A DNA stretch of 64,000 nucleotides, taken from a virus. The notes beneath the pieces are model-generated. The model had not been told where the DNA came from. It saw only the letters and a program-made list of their open reading frames with translations, and searched no databases. Shown one piece after another: positions 46,476 through 56,651 of this stretch; position 1 is the stretch's first letter, and each line of letters opens with the position of its first letter. The position numbers and the translations under genes were made by a program. The DNA is taken from the IMG/VR virus record IMGVR_UViG_3300044858_003398; one strand, written 5' to 3'.

Positions 46476-47397
46476 GATTCTCAACTATTTCGGGGTTAAG
46501 ACCTATCGTTCAGGACAACTATTAGTCTGTAACTGCCCCATCCACGCGGGTGACAACATAACGGCCTTCAATATCAACTCTGACATCACATCAGAGTACT
46601 GTGGTCGTTGGTTCTGTAATACTGCTGGATGCCATAAGAAGTACGGTGGGGATGTCATAGGGCTCCTGAGGGGGCTCGCCACTATAAATGGCAACTTATC
46701 TTTTACTGAGGTGCTTAAGCTTGCTTCTACGTTCTGTGGGGCAGAACAAGTTGACTATGTCTCTGATGCCTTTAATGATATCGTACTAAGAGACAAAGAC
46801 AGGCCTAGTGGCCCGTCTAGGGAAGAAATTAGAAGTAAGCTAATAAGACCAGTAGACTTCTACATAAAAAGAGGTTTCTCCTCTGAGATTCTTGACATCT
46901 TCGACGTTGGGATATGTAATGATCCTGCGAAAGAGATGCATGGTAGAGTAGTATTTCCAGTTTACGATCCAACTGGAAAAGTCTTTATCGGATGTGTCGG
47001 GCGAACCCTCATAAATGCTCCCGACAAGTGGAAGAACCAAAAGGGATTTAAGAAATCTCACCATCTGTACGGTTTATGGTTAGCTTTTCAGACCATTTGC
47101 CAAGCGGGCCGGATTATACTAGTAGAGGGCCAAGGTGACGTGATCAGATTCCATCAGGCTGGGATAAAGAACGCTGTTGGGATTTTTGGGTCACGCCTAT
47201 CAGATCATCAGGAGCTTCTACTGCAGAAAACTGGGGTTACTAATATAACCACAGTCTTCGACAGGGATGAGGCTGGGGATAAGTGTAGAGAAGACTGTAA
47301 CAAGCTCAGTCGCCTATTCAATGTGAGGCATATAATGCCTCTTGTGGATGATATTGGGGAAATGTCAGTAGAAGAAGTTCAAGGATTAAAACTATGA
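46387..47397 (+). CDS. dnaG: DNA primase (Zn finger + TOPRIM)
   Basis: CPIH...WFCNTAGC, RVVFP, GR, LVEG..D, FDRDEAG, DIGE. Confidence 0.9.
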   Translation: MALLDDFLEVKSSQKDLQSLKAKLKAKIPEILNYFGVKTYRSGQLLVCNCPIHAGDNITAFNINSDITSEYCGRWFCNTAGCHKKYGGDVIGLLRGLATINGNLSFTEVLKLASTFCGAEQVDYVSDAFNDIVLRDKDRPSGPSREEIRSKLIRPVDFYIKRGFSSEILDIFDVGICNDPAKEMHGRVVFPVYDPTGKVFIGCVGRTLINAPDKWKNQKGFKKSHHLYGLWLAFQTICQAGRIILVEGQGDVIRFHQAGIKNAVGIFGSRLSDHQELLLQKTGVTNITTVFDRDEAGDKCREDCNKLSRLFNVRHIMPLVDDIGEMSVEEVQGLKL

Positions 47398-48218
47398 CAC
47401 AAATTATTTGTATGGCCGGAAGCAAAGAGTCTGGCAAGACGACAGCGGCGAACTTCCTGCATGGGCATCTATTGAAGCTCAATGAGGTCATCAGAGAATA
47501 TGAGATCACCAAAGCTGGCGAGCTTAAGGTTAACACCCATTACATGAAGGATGGGGAAGTCAAAGAAGATATGGGGGTGCTGGACCTGTCCCGTAAAGAC
47601 GACTTGTACGTCCAGTACGCCGATCAGAGAATTTGGCCGTATGTGAAGATGTATAACTTTGCAGATGCATTGAAAGAACTCTGCATCACAATGTTCGATA
47701 TTTCCCATGAGCAGGCTTATGGCAGCTATAAGAATAGCTTGACCAAGCTGAAGTGGGAGAATATGCCGGGTGTCGCAAGCTCCACCCAAATCGAAGATTT
47801 GTCCTTATCGACTGAGGACCTAGAGAAGCTAGGTATTCAGTCACATAAACCCGGCTTCATGACCGCTCGTGAAGTCCTCCAATTCGTCGGCACCGACATC
47901 TTCCGCCGCATGTACGAGCCAGTCTGGGTCAAGCTCCTCATGAACAAAATCAAAGAGGATTCTCCATTGGTCGCGGTTATTGCCGACTGTCGCTTTGACA
48001 ATGAAGCACAGGCAGTAAAAGATGAGGGCGGCATTATTGTGCGACTGACACGCCGCCCAACAAGAGACAACCACGCATCTGAAGACGGATTCAAGGAATT
48101 CTCAGATTTCGACCTAGTGTTAGATAATGAGATCCTCGATATCAAGAACGCTAACCAGCAACTGCTAGACTTCTTGGTTCAAAAGGGTCTTAGTGAATTC
48201 GTCAACAAAGCAGAGTGA
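47394..48218 (+). CDS. deoxynucleoside monophosphate kinase (phage type)
   Basis: GSKESGKTT, FADALK, REVLQFVGT, DCRFDNE, HASE. Confidence 0.88.
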   Translation: MTQIICMAGSKESGKTTAANFLHGHLLKLNEVIREYEITKAGELKVNTHYMKDGEVKEDMGVLDLSRKDDLYVQYADQRIWPYVKMYNFADALKELCITMFDISHEQAYGSYKNSLTKLKWENMPGVASSTQIEDLSLSTEDLEKLGIQSHKPGFMTAREVLQFVGTDIFRRMYEPVWVKLLMNKIKEDSPLVAVIADCRFDNEAQAVKDEGGIIVRLTRRPTRDNHASEDGFKEFSDFDLVLDNEILDIKNANQQLLDFLVQKGLSEFVNKAE

Positions 48219-48244
48219 TTCGCTGTGCGACTCTGGGAGATGTT

Positions 48245-49288
48245 ATGATACTAACCTACCTACGCTCTAGTTCCATCGGAACTTATGCTATGTGTCCACA
48301 GAAGTACTTATTCACATACCTTTTAGGCATGAAGGATAAGGATAATGGTAAGGCCATTATGGGCAGTACGATGCATAAAAACCTCGAACTATTAGGTAAG
48401 CAAAAGATAGCACAGCAGAATAAGAAGCGAAGCTTCGTAGACGAAGAGTTTGGCAAGATTAACTTTTCAAAGTGTTCTATCGAATATTTCAATGAGCTTT
48501 CTCACTCTTATTATGAGAAACTCTTTCCGGGAATAATGCCCCACAATTCTAAAAAAATAACTTTAGAATGGACTCATTTAGCCATCACTAAAATGGATGG
48601 CGAGATGAATCCACTTAACCAGAATGTGCATGCCGTAGAGGAGTTCTTTGAAGTTGAGGTTCCCCATGAGTGGGCCAATTATTCCTATAAGGTTGGCGAT
48701 GAAGTGATCGAGGGGAGACTAGGGCTTAAGGGCACAGTGGACCTGATCCTAAAAGAGGACGATGTTTTCTTTCATGTAGTAGATTATAAGAGCGGTAGAA
48801 GATACAACTGGGCCACAGACAAGGTTAAGACCTATGACTGCCTAGCGGAAGATAAACAGCTCTTACTGTATTACTATGCTTTGCGACTTAAGTATCCTGA
48901 CAAACACTTCTACATCTCGATCTACTACACGAACGACTATACAATCGACAAAGTCTTTGTCCCCGGCGGGGTCTTTACCTTCGCCTTTGACGACAAGGAC
49001 TTCAAAAAAGCTGAGAATATGATTCGGGAGCAGTTTGAGACTATCAGAGATGATAAGTTCCCCCGAGTCATTAGTAAGACATGTAATAGTTTCAAATGCA
49101 AGTATCTCTGTGCATTTTCTCAGATCATCCCAGAGATTTCCCCAGACGTGCCAGCCTGCATCTTTATGCGTAGCGAGATTGAGCGGATTGGTATAGATGC
49201 AGTCACAGAGAAGTATGCCGACTTGAGCCGTATGAAGGTTTATAGTGGGGGCGGCAGGCAGGACGTAATTTTAGAACCTAAGGATTAA
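48245..49288 (+). CDS. Cas4/RecB-like PD-(D/E)XK exonuclease with putative Fe-S cysteines
   Basis: SSS..Y..CP, G...H, GTVDL, VDYKSG, QLLLY, C...CKYLC. Confidence 0.8.
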   Translation: MILTYLRSSSIGTYAMCPQKYLFTYLLGMKDKDNGKAIMGSTMHKNLELLGKQKIAQQNKKRSFVDEEFGKINFSKCSIEYFNELSHSYYEKLFPGIMPHNSKKITLEWTHLAITKMDGEMNPLNQNVHAVEEFFEVEVPHEWANYSYKVGDEVIEGRLGLKGTVDLILKEDDVFFHVVDYKSGRRYNWATDKVKTYDCLAEDKQLLLYYYALRLKYPDKHFYISIYYTNDYTIDKVFVPGGVFTFAFDDKDFKKAENMIREQFETIRDDKFPRVISKTCNSFKCKYLCAFSQIIPEISPDVPACIFMRSEIERIGIDAVTEKYADLSRMKVYSGGGRQDVILEPKD

Positions 49289-50342
49289 ATGATGAAACTA
49301 TTTTACACCACCTGATGAAATCTCTATCGTCCATCGCTTGTTTCATTATGTTTATGCTCTTGTGGACCCACTGAACATTAGTTTCTATGTAACCTACGGA
49401 AGAATCTATTCTGTCTAATGATGCTGTAAAATTGCCAGACACGAAATCTGAATAACATGATGGCAGAGATATATCAACACCAGAAAGTTTACATTTTTCG
49501 CCTTGCTCCATATAGAGTTCAAAGAGAAAATCGCGATCTAGTTCAAAACTCAATTCCCTTACATCGGCACTTGCCTTTATCCGTCCGAATTGAGCATTAG
49601 ATATTTTCGAATATCCATCTCCCCGAACGGCCTCTGTATATTTCTCTCTTATTTTTATACCCAACTTTTTCAGCTCAGTCAAAATAGTCGTATGGCTAAA
49701 TCCAAATTTCTTCCCTATCTCTTGGGCCGAAAAACCTCTTTCATACAATTCGATTGCCTCTTTAACGCATGAATCATCCCATGTTTTGGATCTAAATGTT
49801 TTTACCCCTAACTTTATAAGTTTTTTCTTTATGAACGAAGTAGAGACCTTGAAGTGTGCCGCTGTTTTAGATAACGATTTGTGAGAAGAATATATCTCAA
49901 GCAATTCGTCATCACCTATCTTTAATAGGTGGTTATCAATAGTGATCCCCGCCTCTTTTAGCTTTGCTGTTACTGTGCAAGTAGAGCACCCAACTATCCG
50001 AGCAACTTCGGAGGTCAGTAAACCAGAACTATACAGCCCTATGATCGGCTCACTGTCTACCTCATTAGTTCTGGTCTGAATATTATTCACCCGAAGTCTA
50101 TAGGCTATAGTATTCTTACAAAGGCCGACTTCCTTTGAAACTTGTATGGCTGACTTACCTTCATCGACATACTTCCTGATAATCTCTTTATCCTTTTCTC
50201 CTTTGCTAACCCAGACATCGTTTAGTTTCAAGTGTTTCAAAATAGTAGTTCTGCTATATTTCGTCTGATCTTCTATCTCCTTTAGTGAGCAACCAGAAGA
50301 ATACATATCAAGAATTCTCTTTTTATCGACTATTTTAGGCAT
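49278..50342 (-). mobile_element. free-standing HNH-type (homing) endonuclease with tandem HTH repeats
   Basis: About five ~44-aa HTH-like repeats, then CKLSG..SLDRIDSSVGYIETNVQWVHKSINIMK; inserted antisense within the replication operon. Confidence 0.7.
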
Positions 50343-50414
50343 TTTAATCTTTCTAGAAATTAGAGCATTACGTTTCTATATTATATACGTCTACTTTAAA
50401 CAGAATCGAAGAAA

Positions 50415-51068
50415 ATGAACAAATCTTTATTCGTGGTCGCTGATCTGGAGACCGGGGGCCTTTCAACTGAGCGATCTCAAATTGTGCAGATCGGTGCAAT
50501 AGCCGTTGACGCTAGACGACTTGAGATCATAGATGGATCAGAATTCAATATTCTTACTAAGCCTCTTTATGGAGAAGAAGCCAAAGCAAAGGGGCTAGAA
50601 GAAATCACAGAAGGAGCCATAGCCGTACACAAAAAGGGACACGCTCTATTGGCCGAAAAGGGGGTCGATATAGAGACCGGACTGAAAAATTTTGTGACAT
50701 ATGTCCATAGTCATAACTACTCTAAGACAAAATGGCAGGCCCCAATAATCTCGGGCTATAATATTATCAACTACGACTTGCCAATCCTCAATAGAGAGTT
50801 CAATAGGTTTGGCATTGATGACCCATTCCACCCATCAATCAAATTAGATGTGATGCAATTAATGTTTTTGTTCTTCGAAAACGACAAAAATGTCACTCGT
50901 CTCTCTGCCGACTCGCTCATCAGAAAGCACATGGGATGGAAGGACAAAGGAGAATCCCACGACGCACTCGGGGACGTAGTCATGACAGCGGAAGTCCTCA
51001 TTAAATCAATGCGACTAATTCGCAAAGCCGTAGGTACTGTCAAGTTCGAAAATTGTTTCGCCCTCTAG
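50415..51068 (+). CDS. DEDDh 3'-5' exonuclease (DnaQ-like)
   Basis: DLETGG, GYN..YD, HDALGD. Confidence 0.88.
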   Translation: MNKSLFVVADLETGGLSTERSQIVQIGAIAVDARRLEIIDGSEFNILTKPLYGEEAKAKGLEEITEGAIAVHKKGHALLAEKGVDIETGLKNFVTYVHSHNYSKTKWQAPIISGYNIINYDLPILNREFNRFGIDDPFHPSIKLDVMQLMFLFFENDKNVTRLSADSLIRKHMGWKDKGESHDALGDVVMTAEVLIKSMRLIRKAVGTVKFENCFAL

Positions 51069-51085
51069 TACCAGACGGAGTCTAT

Positions 51086-51526
51086 ATGGATATCCTTGAA
51101 AAATATGAAGCCCTTATAGCCGATCTTGCACATTCTCTCTATAGGAAGACCCACCTCTATGATTTTAAAGACCTCTTCCAGATAGGACTCCAGTCGGCTA
51201 TAAGGCTTGAAAAAAAGTTTGACCCAGTCAGGTCGCAGAGGAGCACATTCTTCACTCTATGCGTCCGAAGAGATATGGTCAAATTTGTCAAAAGACATAA
51301 CAAAGCTTTCACTAATACGATCCTACCAAGTGGCCTTGGATCAAGCGATGAGCTTCAGCTCTGGGAATCTCTGCCTGACTTATGTCCCGAGGATGCAGAG
51401 ATGGTCAGGATGCTCTCCGAAGGCCACAGTAAAAGAGAAGTGGCCAAACGCTTACAGCTACCGCTCAAAGAAATAAAAAGTCGGCTAATCAAGGTTGGGG
51501 AGTTAATATGCTCAAAAGAGTGCTAG
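51086..51526 (+). CDS. small sigma70-family factor (regions 2 and 4)
   Basis: DLFQIG..FDP....FFT; C-terminal HTH EGHSKREVAKRL. Confidence 0.75.
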   Translation: MDILEKYEALIADLAHSLYRKTHLYDFKDLFQIGLQSAIRLEKKFDPVRSQRSTFFTLCVRRDMVKFVKRHNKAFTNTILPSGLGSSDELQLWESLPDLCPEDAEMVRMLSEGHSKREVAKRLQLPLKEIKSRLIKVGELICSKEC

Positions 51527-54309
51527 TTGGGTCTGAGGCTTCTTATCTGAATACTGGGTATGCTTCTTACGGTCGTGAGCTTATCAGGCGGCTTATAGCC
51601 ACCGGCAAATATGAAGTAGCCGAGATCTCCTGCTACGGATCTGCCGATGACGAAAGACGTAAAGAGATCCCTTGGAAGAATTATCCAATGGCTCCGTCTA
51701 AGACAGATTCAGACGAGGTAAAGAAAATCTATGCGTCAAATCCAGCCAACCAATTCGGGGCATGGAGATTCGAGAGGGCCTGCCTAGATTTTAAGCCAGA
51801 CTGCCTTATAATGCAGAAGGACCCTTGGATGGATTCTTGGGTGAAGCATTCGCCCTTTAGACCATTCTTCTCTTGGTCTTGGGCTAGTACGGTGGACTCA
51901 GCCCCTCAAAATCCAGAGTGGATTAATCAGTTTGCCGATGCTGACTATTTCTACACCCTATCAGAGTGGGCGGAAGGGGTCATCAAGGAGCAAGCTGGTG
52001 ATTCGGTGAATCTGATAGGCTCTGTCACGATGTGTGCCGCCGACGAGTTCAAGCCCGTCCCCAACAAGGCCGCTCACAGGCTCTCCATGGGCCTAGATCC
52101 CGATTGGAAGATTATTGGGACGGTTATGCGAAATCAAAGACGAAAGCTCTTCCCTGACCTCCTAGAGGCCTTCGCTTTTTATCTGGCCACTACCGGAGAT
52201 GAAAAGACTTATCTCTATTGTCATACGTCATACCCCGACAACGGGTGGGACCTGCCCCAATTAATGATGAAGTATGGGATTTCATCTCGGGTCCTATTTA
52301 GCTATGCCTGCGAAGAATGTGGCAAATTGTCAATCAGCAAATTTAGTGATACGATCAAGCAATGTAAAAATTGTAAGAAGTATGCAGCAAAGCTATCTAG
52401 TGTAAGTAATGGTGCTACGACCGCTGAGTTGGCTAAGATTTATAATCTGTTTGATGTGTATACTCAATACTCTAACTGTTTGACTCCGGGTCAAGAGATT
52501 TGTACGTCAACAGGATGGAAGAATACTGAGGATATTCAGATCGGAGAGTCTGTTCTGACCCATAAAAACAGATGGAGGCCAGTAGTAAGAACGTTTAAGC
52601 ACGAACATGCGGGTGATGTACTAACGTTCACTACTCATTCTGATGACGAGTCACTCACAGTTACGGGCGAGCATCCACTATATGTATTGTCTGCCAAAAA
52701 TTACAAATTTGGCCAGAGTAGAAGTTTTAAAAAGAGACTGAGTGACATTATCAGGCTCGGAGGCAAGATAGAACCAACTTTTGAATTAGCTAGGGACATT
52801 AAGGCTGGCGACTTTGTCGCTTATGCCATCGATCAAGAAGAATTTGATCATACTATTGATCTACAGCCTTGGAATAATAGCCAATATGTAATCGAGGGAG
52901 ATACATATCGACACAAAAATTCTTCTGTAGCTCACAAATTGAAATATGTAGTAGACGCAGATTTGGCTAAATGGATTGGACTATATGTAGCCGATGGTTG
53001 CTCTATGACTACAGATAGCTGCGGATCTGTGACTGTAACATGTCACGAGAAGGATAAGGCCAATATAGAATTATGCGAAAAGGTCATGGCAAGATTCGGG
53101 AATGTGTCAGTACAGCCATATCCTGAGAAACATGCTGTAGCAGTACAAATACACAACAAGGTATTTGCGACGTATTTGCTAGACCATTGTGGTAAGCACG
53201 AGTACAAAAAACTACCAGAATGGGCAAGTAAGCTACCTTTACCTCTGCAGAAAGAGATATTGTCTGGTTTGTTTATGGGGGATGGATGTTACTATGAGAA
53301 GAGAAAGACATCATCGTATGCTACTATTTCAATATCCCTATCCCGGCAGATTAAACATTTGTGCCGAAGATTACGTATCAACTATAATGTTAGCTCTATT
53401 CAAAAAGTTGGAAATAGAAAGCTGCAATATCGTTTTGAGATTTCTGGAGATGTCTCTATAGGAGCCTACAAAACTACTAAGACTTCAAGCAGGGGATTCT
53501 ATCATGGTGGGTATGCCTTCTATCAGATTAAAGATGTATCTACTAAAGAATATACTGGTTTTGTCTACAATTTAGAGGTAGAAGAAGACAATTCATATAC
53601 TGGTAGGATGGGTACTATACACAACTCGGAGGGAATGGGCTTAGGCCAAATAGAAGCCGCCGCATGTGGGATTCCAGTTATGTCTACTGACTATTCCGCA
53701 ATGGAATCCATCGTCCGTAAAGTTGGAGGATTCCCGATTCCGCTCAGGGCAAAAGTCCTAGAGCTTGAAACCGGATGCTATAGGGCCATTCCCGAGATTG
53801 ACGATGTTGTTTCCTACTGGAAGATGTTTTTCTCTTTACCGGAGAGTGATAGGGCGGCGATATCTGAGAAGACTTTGTCTGAGTACTCTCGCAACTTCAA
53901 CTGGGACGATGTTGTAGCCAAGTGGATGATCTCCTTAGACCAGTCTCCGAAGGCGACTTGGGATAAGCCACTAAGACAAATCAAGATGCCCGATGACAAG
54001 ATTCCCAATTTTACCAATAATAAGGATTTTCTTGATTGGGCCATCTCTGCTTATTTGCCCCACTCTAATCTGACTAATTCGTATGAGGCCAACTGCCTAC
54101 TTAGGGACCTGAATTTCAGATCATACAAGCCGAATCCGTGTGGCTTCTTCTATGCTGAAAGCTCCTACTTCAATAGGGTCCCGTTTGTCGATTTTGGCAA
54201 GGAGCATGTGATTAATATGTTTAAGGCCAAGGCCGAAACATTCAATTTCTGGGAAAATGTAAGATGTGGAAAAAGAAAGCTCCAGACGGAGGATTGGCTC
54301 AATGATTAG
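51508..54309 (+). CDS. glycosyltransferase family 4 with intein and Zn-ribbon insert
   Basis: LNTGY, VMRNQRRK, CEEC..CKNC, SN|SEGMGLGQIEAAACG, TDYSAM. Confidence 0.88.
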   Translation: MLKRVLVGSEASYLNTGYASYGRELIRRLIATGKYEVAEISCYGSADDERRKEIPWKNYPMAPSKTDSDEVKKIYASNPANQFGAWRFERACLDFKPDCLIMQKDPWMDSWVKHSPFRPFFSWSWASTVDSAPQNPEWINQFADADYFYTLSEWAEGVIKEQAGDSVNLIGSVTMCAADEFKPVPNKAAHRLSMGLDPDWKIIGTVMRNQRRKLFPDLLEAFAFYLATTGDEKTYLYCHTSYPDNGWDLPQLMMKYGISSRVLFSYACEECGKLSISKFSDTIKQCKNCKKYAAKLSSVSNGATTAELAKIYNLFDVYTQYSNCLTPGQEICTSTGWKNTEDIQIGESVLTHKNRWRPVVRTFKHEHAGDVLTFTTHSDDESLTVTGEHPLYVLSAKNYKFGQSRSFKKRLSDIIRLGGKIEPTFELARDIKAGDFVAYAIDQEEFDHTIDLQPWNNSQYVIEGDTYRHKNSSVAHKLKYVVDADLAKWIGLYVADGCSMTTDSCGSVTVTCHEKDKANIELCEKVMARFGNVSVQPYPEKHAVAVQIHNKVFATYLLDHCGKHEYKKLPEWASKLPLPLQKEILSGLFMGDGCYYEKRKTSSYATISISLSRQIKHLCRRLRINYNVSSIQKVGNRKLQYRFEISGDVSIGAYKTTKTSSRGFYHGGYAFYQIKDVSTKEYTGFVYNLEVEEDNSYTGRMGTIHNSEGMGLGQIEAAACGIPVMSTDYSAMESIVRKVGGFPIPLRAKVLELETGCYRAIPEIDDVVSYWKMFFSLPESDRAAISEKTLSEYSRNFNWDDVVAKWMISLDQSPKATWDKPLRQIKMPDDKIPNFTNNKDFLDWAISAYLPHSNLTNSYEANCLLRDLNFRSYKPNPCGFFYAESSYFNRVPFVDFGKEHVINMFKAKAETFNFWENVRCGKRKLQTEDWLND
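52477..53625 (+). mobile_element. intein with LAGLIDADG homing endonuclease (383 aa)
   Basis: CLTPGQ start, TGEHP block B, IGLYVADG and SGLFMGDG, VYNLEVEEDNSY...HN|S. Confidence 0.92.
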
Positions 54310-55006
54310 TACAACTTGTAGAGACTGCGTGTTTAAAGAAATGCATGGTAAGGTTCAGACTGGATGTAGCCTGAATATTCTAGATAGGTTCAAGGACGCC
54401 GGAGAAGAACTGTCGAGATATCAGGATGAGGATTTTACCTTCTACAAGGTGGATCGCCTCTGTATGTGGCGAAGGTCTGAACCGACTGAAGATATCGAAA
54501 ATGACGTCTATATCAAATCTAACATTGTGGTAATGCATGATGAAGGTGACGATCTTGATCAAACCCTCGAAGATATCTATAATCTTGACACTCCCAAGCC
54601 CCCGAGGGTTATAGTATGTCATACGACCAAAAATCTGCTTGAGATTTATAACAAATGGTCGAAGAAATTCGGCCCACAAAGATTCTCATGTATCATGTTG
54701 GTTGAATCTCTATATGATGGCTCTGGGTGTGATGAGGCATTCAAAAGGTCTAAGAATGGATGGCTATTCTTCATCAAATCTGGAGACAGAGTAGATAGGG
54801 ACATGCTTAATGCCTTGAACTACTCCGTCAATTACAAGATGAGCAAACATCTAGCTACAACCGGAATCATTAGCTATATGGCGGTTGCATATAAGTTACT
54901 CAAAGGACAAATGGGAAATATCCACGAGACATTGCTCGAAATAAATGGTGCTACAAAAGACTGGAAGGAAATAGATGAAGATTACAGGCTACACATTTCG
55001 GGATAA
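54302..55006 (+). CDS. hypothetical protein (Cys-rich N-terminus, GT-A-like remnant)
   Basis: TTCRDCVF..QTGC..LC; glycan-cluster context. Confidence 0.5.
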   Translation: MISTTCRDCVFKEMHGKVQTGCSLNILDRFKDAGEELSRYQDEDFTFYKVDRLCMWRRSEPTEDIENDVYIKSNIVVMHDEGDDLDQTLEDIYNLDTPKPPRVIVCHTTKNLLEIYNKWSKKFGPQRFSCIMLVESLYDGSGCDEAFKRSKNGWLFFIKSGDRVDRDMLNALNYSVNYKMSKHLATTGIISYMAVAYKLLKGQMGNIHETLLEINGATKDWKEIDEDYRLHISG

Positions 55007-55343
55007 TCCGCCAAAAACTAGTCCATTTGTTGATGAAGTAGTCACTATCAAGGACTACAGCGAGCTAAAGTCTGACTATGCTATAGACATAACCCTTGGT
55101 AGATTAACTGAGGACCCAAGACCTTGGCTCAAAGATGGAGCTGCGTATTATGGCGACTATTTTGATCAGCACGGTACTTATTCTCTACATAGTATGTTCC
55201 CATCTATAAGGACGACATATCCCGGAATGCTATATAAGGTATCCCTGTTGGAAGAATGCAAAACTAAAAACCCACTGGAGGAGATCTGCAAGAATAATGT
55301 CATTTCCTATATTCCTCGCCCAATTTTTGAGATTGTAGTATGA
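54975..55343 (+). CDS. hypothetical protein
   Basis: Coupled ORF. Confidence 0.5.
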   Translation: MKITGYTFRDNPPKTSPFVDEVVTIKDYSELKSDYAIDITLGRLTEDPRPWLKDGAAYYGDYFDQHGTYSLHSMFPSIRTTYPGMLYKVSLLEECKTKNPLEEICKNNVISYIPRPIFEIVV

Positions 55344-55987
55344 GCACATATATATTGCTTTCTGCTGGGGCGGGAAGGTCGATGCAGACTAGAGGGGCAA
55401 AGGCCCTATTGGAGTATAATGGCCTGACGGTTTTAGACCATCAGGTCAAAACCATACAGAAGTTCGACAAGAAAGCAGATATACTAGTTGTGACAGGAGT
55501 AGGTCATGAGAAGATCGTCAAACACGTCGGTAAAAAGGAATATGACATCCGGGTTCTGCTTAACTATAATTACAAGCTGACTAGCCAAACCGAGAGTCTC
55601 AGACTGGCCCTAAATGCAATAAGGCATGACGCAGTCTATATTATACACGGCGATATGATCTTTAATGAAGCGAGTCTATGTTGCTCAAGTAAGTCTTCTT
55701 TAGTTCTTTCATCCAATGATGACAAGAAGAGTGTTGGGGTTGCCTATTGTGATGGGGCAGTTATTCATCTCTCTTATGGTTTACCCGAAAAATGGGGCCA
55801 AATAGCCTATATCTGCAAAAAGGACTTCCGAGCGGCCAAAATGGTCATCAACTCATTCAGAAACAACAAGATGACATTTGAGTATATCAACATGCTCTTA
55901 AAAGAGATTAGCATGTCTATCGTTTATGATGGTGTCAAAACAGTAGAGATAAATAAAGACTATGAAAACACTAGTGATAACATCTAG
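55340..55987 (+). CDS. NTP-transferase family nucleotidyltransferase (LicC-like)
   Basis: ILLSAGAGRSM..G.KAL, N..Y..T....SL, HGD, EIN. Confidence 0.8.
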   Translation: MSTYILLSAGAGRSMQTRGAKALLEYNGLTVLDHQVKTIQKFDKKADILVVTGVGHEKIVKHVGKKEYDIRVLLNYNYKLTSQTESLRLALNAIRHDAVYIIHGDMIFNEASLCCSSKSSLVLSSNDDKKSVGVAYCDGAVIHLSYGLPEKWGQIAYICKKDFRAAKMVINSFRNNKMTFEYINMLLKEISMSIVYDGVKTVEINKDYENTSDNI

Positions 55988-56651
55988 GAATGACTTCAGA
56001 ATTCACTCCTTAATGGCTCCGCTTAAGAGCCTAATGGAGGTTGGATTCCTCGTGAAGTATGATCCACAGTCTGTTGCCGACTTTGGTGCCGATCTCATTT
56101 TTACCGATGAGCCCCAAAAGAGCCCTGATGGTTATGACCTAACCAAGGTCGCCTCACTCAAACCATTCATAAATCTTCTATCCTATACCGAGCCCCATAT
56201 TTTGGACAAGTATGAATCAGATGTTTCTTATATCGGCCCAATATCAGATCTGGATTCATCTCTGTTGGACCTATACAGGCTCGGCTATAATGTGAGGAAT
56301 TTCTTTGGGTCACCTTCTCTTTTACCGTGCTATTCTGGCTCTGTCAATATTGGTGAGTGCTGGTCGATCTATAAAACGGCCAAAGTTTCTCCGGTCCCTA
56401 AGTCAGACATAGGTTATCGCGAACTCGACATTATTGCCGCAGACGGCAACCCCCTAAAATTCTCCACAAAAGAAGATTTCTTATCAGAGACGATCAAGGG
56501 GATCAATGGCAAAAAATTTAAGCATATTATGTCCAAGACCAGCATTTTTGCTGGTCACACAAATTTCGACAGGCTGTCCCAGATCGTTAGTGGTTTAGGT
56601 TTCTCTGCTGTGGCCAAAAAGATACTAGAGGACAAAAAATGCTTGGTATAA
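55962..56651 (+). CDS. hypothetical protein (degenerate GT-B-like)
   Basis: DVSYIG, HTNFDR; cluster context. Confidence 0.45.
   Translation: MKTLVITSRNDFRIHSLMAPLKSLMEVGFLVKYDPQSVADFGADLIFTDEPQKSPDGYDLTKVASLKPFINLLSYTEPHILDKYESDVSYIGPISDLDSSLLDLYRLGYNVRNFFGSPSLLPCYSGSVNIGECWSIYKTAKVSPVPKSDIGYRELDIIAADGNPLKFSTKEDFLSETIKGINGKKFKHIMSKTSIFAGHTNFDRLSQIVSGLGFSAVAKKILEDKKCLV

Noticed and set aside
48245-49288. CRISPR-Cas system implied by the Cas4-like nuclease
   Set aside because: No repeat-spacer array or other cas genes seen; stand-alone Cas4-like nucleases are common in phage replication modules
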